Origin: Phoronis australis
Lineage: Eukaryota; Animalia; Phoronida
Direction: 5' to 3'
NCBI GenBank assembly: GCA_002633005.1
Contig: NMRA01000421.1
Coordinates: forward strand, 200,171 to 264,170
Length of the DNA stretch: 64,000 bases
Shown: positions 61,601 to 64,000 of the stretch, piece by piece
Layout: each line of letters opens with the position of its first letter
Numbering within the stretch: the stretch's first letter is position 1
Program-made: the position numbers and the translations under genes
Notes under the pieces: model-generated
Database searches by the model: none
Told to the model about the DNA's origin: nothing
What the model saw: the letters and a program-made list of their open reading frames with translations, nothing else

Positions 61601-63317
61601 TTTGAACTATTTAAAGTTGCACATATCTTTGGAACTTTTTTAAAAAACAGTGTCAGTGGTAAAAGTGCTCAACACTCCAAGACAGAAATCTTTGCAAGTA
61701 TCTAACTACATGTCCTTGTAATCCCAAAAATGACTAGTTACAGACAAATTTGGATAACAATCTTTTACATGATTACACAATGGAATGAATGCCGTTCCAT
61801 GGCAACTTTCATAACCTCTCATCGATATATCACAGCGCCCTCTCTGGCTCTGCTGAGTATCAGTAGGACATTTGCCGCCAGAGTTGTACACTGGTCCCCC
61901 ACTAATGATTATTTGGCATTGAAATTGGTTCATTCTATGCCGTCGCATAAAGTGTTCCATTGCTGACCACGCCAAGTTGTCTGTAGCTCAGAACTGTGTT
62001 TCTGGCCCAAATTTTCAAAAAACTAGGTCGATCATACAATGCGTTTCTTTTTATCTTCGCAGATGAGGACAGCTGAATTTGGCATGAGGGAGGAAATTTT
62101 GAACTGGTTAATAGTTGAAGTCACACGTGTCTTTGGAATACGTTTTTAAGGCGGAGTAAACCCGCCTTCCATCATGACCATTTACTGCAACGATATCAGT
62201 CTCAAAAGTAATCCTTAGTCAAAGGTGATTTCAAGGCTTTAAAAGAACAGTTTGCTGTTGCTTGAGATGAAGGGTGACTTAAGACTTAGGAGAGAAATTT
62301 GGTCTTAAGCTCCAAACTACTATTTCTAATTTATGATGAATTTGCCCATGCACTCATAATCAGTTGCTTGTGGTCGCTTAAGGTCAAAGGTTACATTTTC
62401 CATATAAGAGAAATGTGCTGCATCGAAGCCTTCCCGAGTCAAATAAGGAAACGTGCTTTGCCTTGTTGGAGAAAAATTGATGAAGTGGCGAGTAGTAGGC
62501 AGATTTTTTTTAAATTTGAAACTGTAAGAAAATGCTTTGATATCAATAGATTCTGAAATTAAAAATCTTTATGAACAAACCCTAAAAATACCTGGGCAGT
62601 TTGAATTCTGTTTCAGCTGTATAGAACTACTTTCAATATTGCAATTTAGTCTGCTTATCACGGTCCACGCCTCTTTAAGTCAACTCTCAAGTAAAATATC
62701 CAGGCATAACAAGTTGGCTTGTCACAGCATGTCGTTATGAGCACAGGAGCACAGAGTATGGTCTCCAGTAATAAAGAATTGTCAGGTCTTTGTAAAATCA
62801 GACGTCACTTTTCATCTGTATAAGGAATAATTTAAGACCAAATTTGGACCTTTTTGGATGAAACACAAGACAGTTTATATCCGTTTTAAACACCAGCGTT
62901 GAAGGTGTTAATCTCAAAATGTTTTTGACCCCACACTAAAGACAGACAGGAAAGTTTTACCAAATTTGATTTACAGAACATTTTAACAATTAAATGAGAG
63001 ATAAGAAAGATGCTAAACATTTCAAACATACTCACGGGAATAATCCAGGTGTCATCCAGAAAGGATGCAATCTGTAAGATATATAATAACCATTAATGAA
63101 AAATATCTGATAAAGTAGGGGGAAATAAAGAATGTGACACAGGCAGGACCAACAACAGCAAAGTAATATTAAGCTGCCAAACAAGTAAAATCTACAAATT
63201 AAAGACAGGAAACCATCTAATATTTAAATAAACAATTCTACAGACTGAGATTACTTACTCTGATGTGCAACTTAAAATTGATTTCACTAGCTTCTTGAAG
63301 TAAAGACATCAGTATTT
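52648..63317 (-). CDS. 3' portion of an uncharacterised RUN-PDZ-PTB(PID) scaffold protein, 5' exons beyond the window; join(complement) 63259-63317, 63036-63071, 61425-61477, 60915-60975, 59990-60118, 59509-59708, 58779-58824, 57812-57880, 57303-57445, 56600-56666 (or 54852-54918), 53022-53046, 52648-52682
   Basis: Twelve GT-AG exons with consistent phases giving one open frame: ILMSLLQEASEINFKL (RUN C-terminal helix-like), KDLGLGV...IVTQVDPEGVAGEDNKVEVGDILEELCGE (PDZ), YKVQYLGCVPM...SYTEISSCG...FAYIVG...FVCHVFEA...ILCAIAQGF (PTB). Domain names are by-eye motif recognition. Confidence 0.85.
53022..53046 (-). CDS. RUN-PDZ-PTB 25-nt micro-exon CKVILCAI(A)
   Basis: TTTTTCAG acceptor, G|GTAAGT donor, phase 0-1; supplies the PTB C-terminal helix. 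Confidence 0.82.
54852..54918 (-). CDS. Second copy of the same 67-nt exon (copy B, probably the other haplotype)
   Basis: Identical to 56600-56666 except one synonymous ATC/ATT change; lies within a 1.35-kb duplication spanning a gap. Confidence 0.6.
56600..56666 (-). CDS. RUN-PDZ-PTB exon NTTCTIAHQFVCHVFEAQDEEE (copy A)
   Basis: TTCCAG acceptor, GTATGA donor, phase 2-0. Confidence 0.85.
57117..57315. repeat. 33-bp tandem repeat x6 containing the exon end and GTGAGT donor
   Basis: Unit AATCAACATTTGATACTCACCCAACAATATAGG. Confidence 0.95.
57303..57445 (-). CDS. RUN-PDZ-PTB exon DAVIELGEKDV...SYTEISSCGRRIDFLNYFAYIV(G)
   Basis: GTTCAG acceptor, GTGAGT donor, phase 0-2. Confidence 0.9.
57468..57631. 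repeat. Unrelated 33-bp tandem repeat x5
   Basis: Unit GATACATCTACATACCTTATAGTTATCCAGATT. Confidence 0.92.
57812..57880 (-). CDS. RUN-PDZ-PTB exon NGGMVHIEKGVDEVLNATDIVKQ
   Basis: TTCACAG acceptor, GTCAGT donor, phase 0-0. Confidence 0.85.
57895..58065. repeat. Degenerate ~60-bp tandem repeat x3
   Basis: Recurrent AATGAACACATGAAGCAAA...GACACAGGGTAATGA. Confidence 0.7.
58235..58650 (-). mobile_element. Third, reverse-oriented short Helentron/DINE-like copy
   Basis: Reverse complement ends GAGTGCAGTTCAATTCTCTACATCGATCTTATT; internal GCCACAAGGGGGCAC unit. Confidence 0.5.
58779..58824 (-). CDS. RUN-PDZ-PTB exon ARYKVQYLGCVPMGS
   Basis: TTTGCAG acceptor, GTAAGT donor, phase 2-0; PTB YLG motif. 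Confidence 0.88.
59509..59708 (-). CDS. RUN-PDZ-PTB linker exon GVYDDGRLFP...QSPEG(K)
   Basis: CTTAG acceptor, GTGAGT donor, phase 0-2, open frame. Confidence 0.87.
59990..60118 (-). CDS. RUN-PDZ-PTB exon NKVEVGDILEELCGE...WPIALSVVK
   Basis: CTTTCAG acceptor, GTGAGC donor, phase 0-0; PDZ GD motif. Confidence 0.9.
60915..60975 (-). CDS. RUN-PDZ-PTB exon FVNGWPIVTQVDPEGVAGED
   Basis: TTTTCAG acceptor, GTAAGT donor, phase 2-0. Confidence 0.87.
61425..61477 (-). CDS. RUN-PDZ-PTB exon AYKKLELVPCKDLGLGV(H)
   Basis: TTTTTCAG acceptor, GTAAGT donor, phase 0-2. Confidence 0.85.
63036..63071 (-). CDS. RUN-PDZ-PTB 36-nt exon IASFLDDTWIIP
   Basis: TTACAG acceptor, GTGAGT donor. Confidence 0.82.
63259..63317 (-). 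CDS. RUN-PDZ-PTB exon (E)ILMSLLQEASEINFKLHIR
   Basis: TTTGTAG acceptor, GTAAGT donor, phase 1-0. Confidence 0.8.
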
Positions 63318-63699
63318 CTACAAACAAAAAAAATAAACATAAACTAAATAAAACTTCATGTTATCATAACAAAAACACATTTCAAGTAGCAAAGGTGCCT
63401 TTCTTCTAAGTGTGACATTACTCAACTTCGTAGGAGACTAGTCCATGTCTGTACAATTATTTACTAAGTTTTTTAAAGACATTTATAGGGCCAAAACTAT
63501 GACTGCAAAGAAAAAAGGTCTTTGCCGAGTCACATTATTACAGGGTCTTAAGCATGATTTCATTTACAAGACTGGTTTCTATTGGATACCCGATTTCCAT
63601 TGGAGACCCAGAATTTATTAATTTCACCATGTCTAATCCTTCAGCTTCTATCAGAAAACACAGCTTTGACATATACCATAAAAATTCTCTAGTTTTGGA

Positions 63700-64000
63700 C
63701 TGTGAAAATTTTATTGTGCTCAAAGTCCGAGCTTGTACTAAATTTTAGAAATAGGCAATATTAGCCTTAGTTTCCAAATTCAAGAATTACGATCCATGAC
63801 AAACGATCATTCACCTCAGTAATACACGCTATGGAACTCATGCAAGCCTTGCATCAGTGGTCACCATAAGTGGCCACCATCAGTGGTCATTTTCAGACCC
63901 TGTTGATACAAAGTTCAGTCACTGTGTCATATATTTTATGCCAAAATCACCCACGTCCCAATCTTCAGAATCAAAAAAATTCCATTTCGGCTTAAATTTT
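63700..64000 (+). repeat. Dispersed repeat family, other copies at ~34750-35045 and ~25470-25504 plus 27882-28140
   Basis: Shared blocks GAGCTTGTAC..AATTTTAGAAATAG..CAAATTC..CATTCACCTC and AGAATCAAGAAAATTC..TTCGGCTTGAATTT. Confidence 0.7.

Noticed and set aside
63538-63723. ORF segment SLVNEIML as a possible upstream RUN-domain exon
   Set aside because: No phase-1 donor to join exon 63259-63317, and it partly overlaps a dispersed repeat; the true exon is probably outside the window

Overview
AT-rich eukaryotic (animal, very probably invertebrate bilaterian) genomic DNA with spliceosomal GT-AG introns, so most ORF-track entries are spurious. Four protein-coding loci were assembled by hand with consistent intron phases. 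(1) An SLC9B/NHA-type Na+/H+ antiporter on the minus strand (~590 aa, 10 core coding exons, 3459-14579). (2) Eukaryotic elongation factor 2 kinase (eEF2K, alpha-kinase plus SEL1-like repeats) on the plus strand (21710-44227), apparently head-to-head with SLC9B across a ~170-bp segment near 18.0 kb, with two candidate symmetric cassette exons in its regulatory loop. (3) A single-coding-exon orphan ORF with an MLCC plus polybasic N-terminus and a C-terminal coiled coil (minus, 47681-48541). (4) The 3' part of an uncharacterised RUN-PDZ-PTB scaffold gene (minus, 52648 to >63317). Introns hold many repeats: a decayed Academ(X) transposon, a TA-flanked Tc1/mariner-type element nested in an older repeat, Helentron/DINE-like elements with CTCF-like motifs, MITEs, tRNA-derived SINEs and minisatellites. 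Two tandem duplications next to N bases look like haplotype-assembly artefacts. No prokaryote-type system (CRISPR etc.) is present. The best leads for novelty are the eEF2K cassette exons, the RUN-PDZ-PTB scaffold and the orphan ORF; all calls are by-eye and need RNA or homology confirmation.
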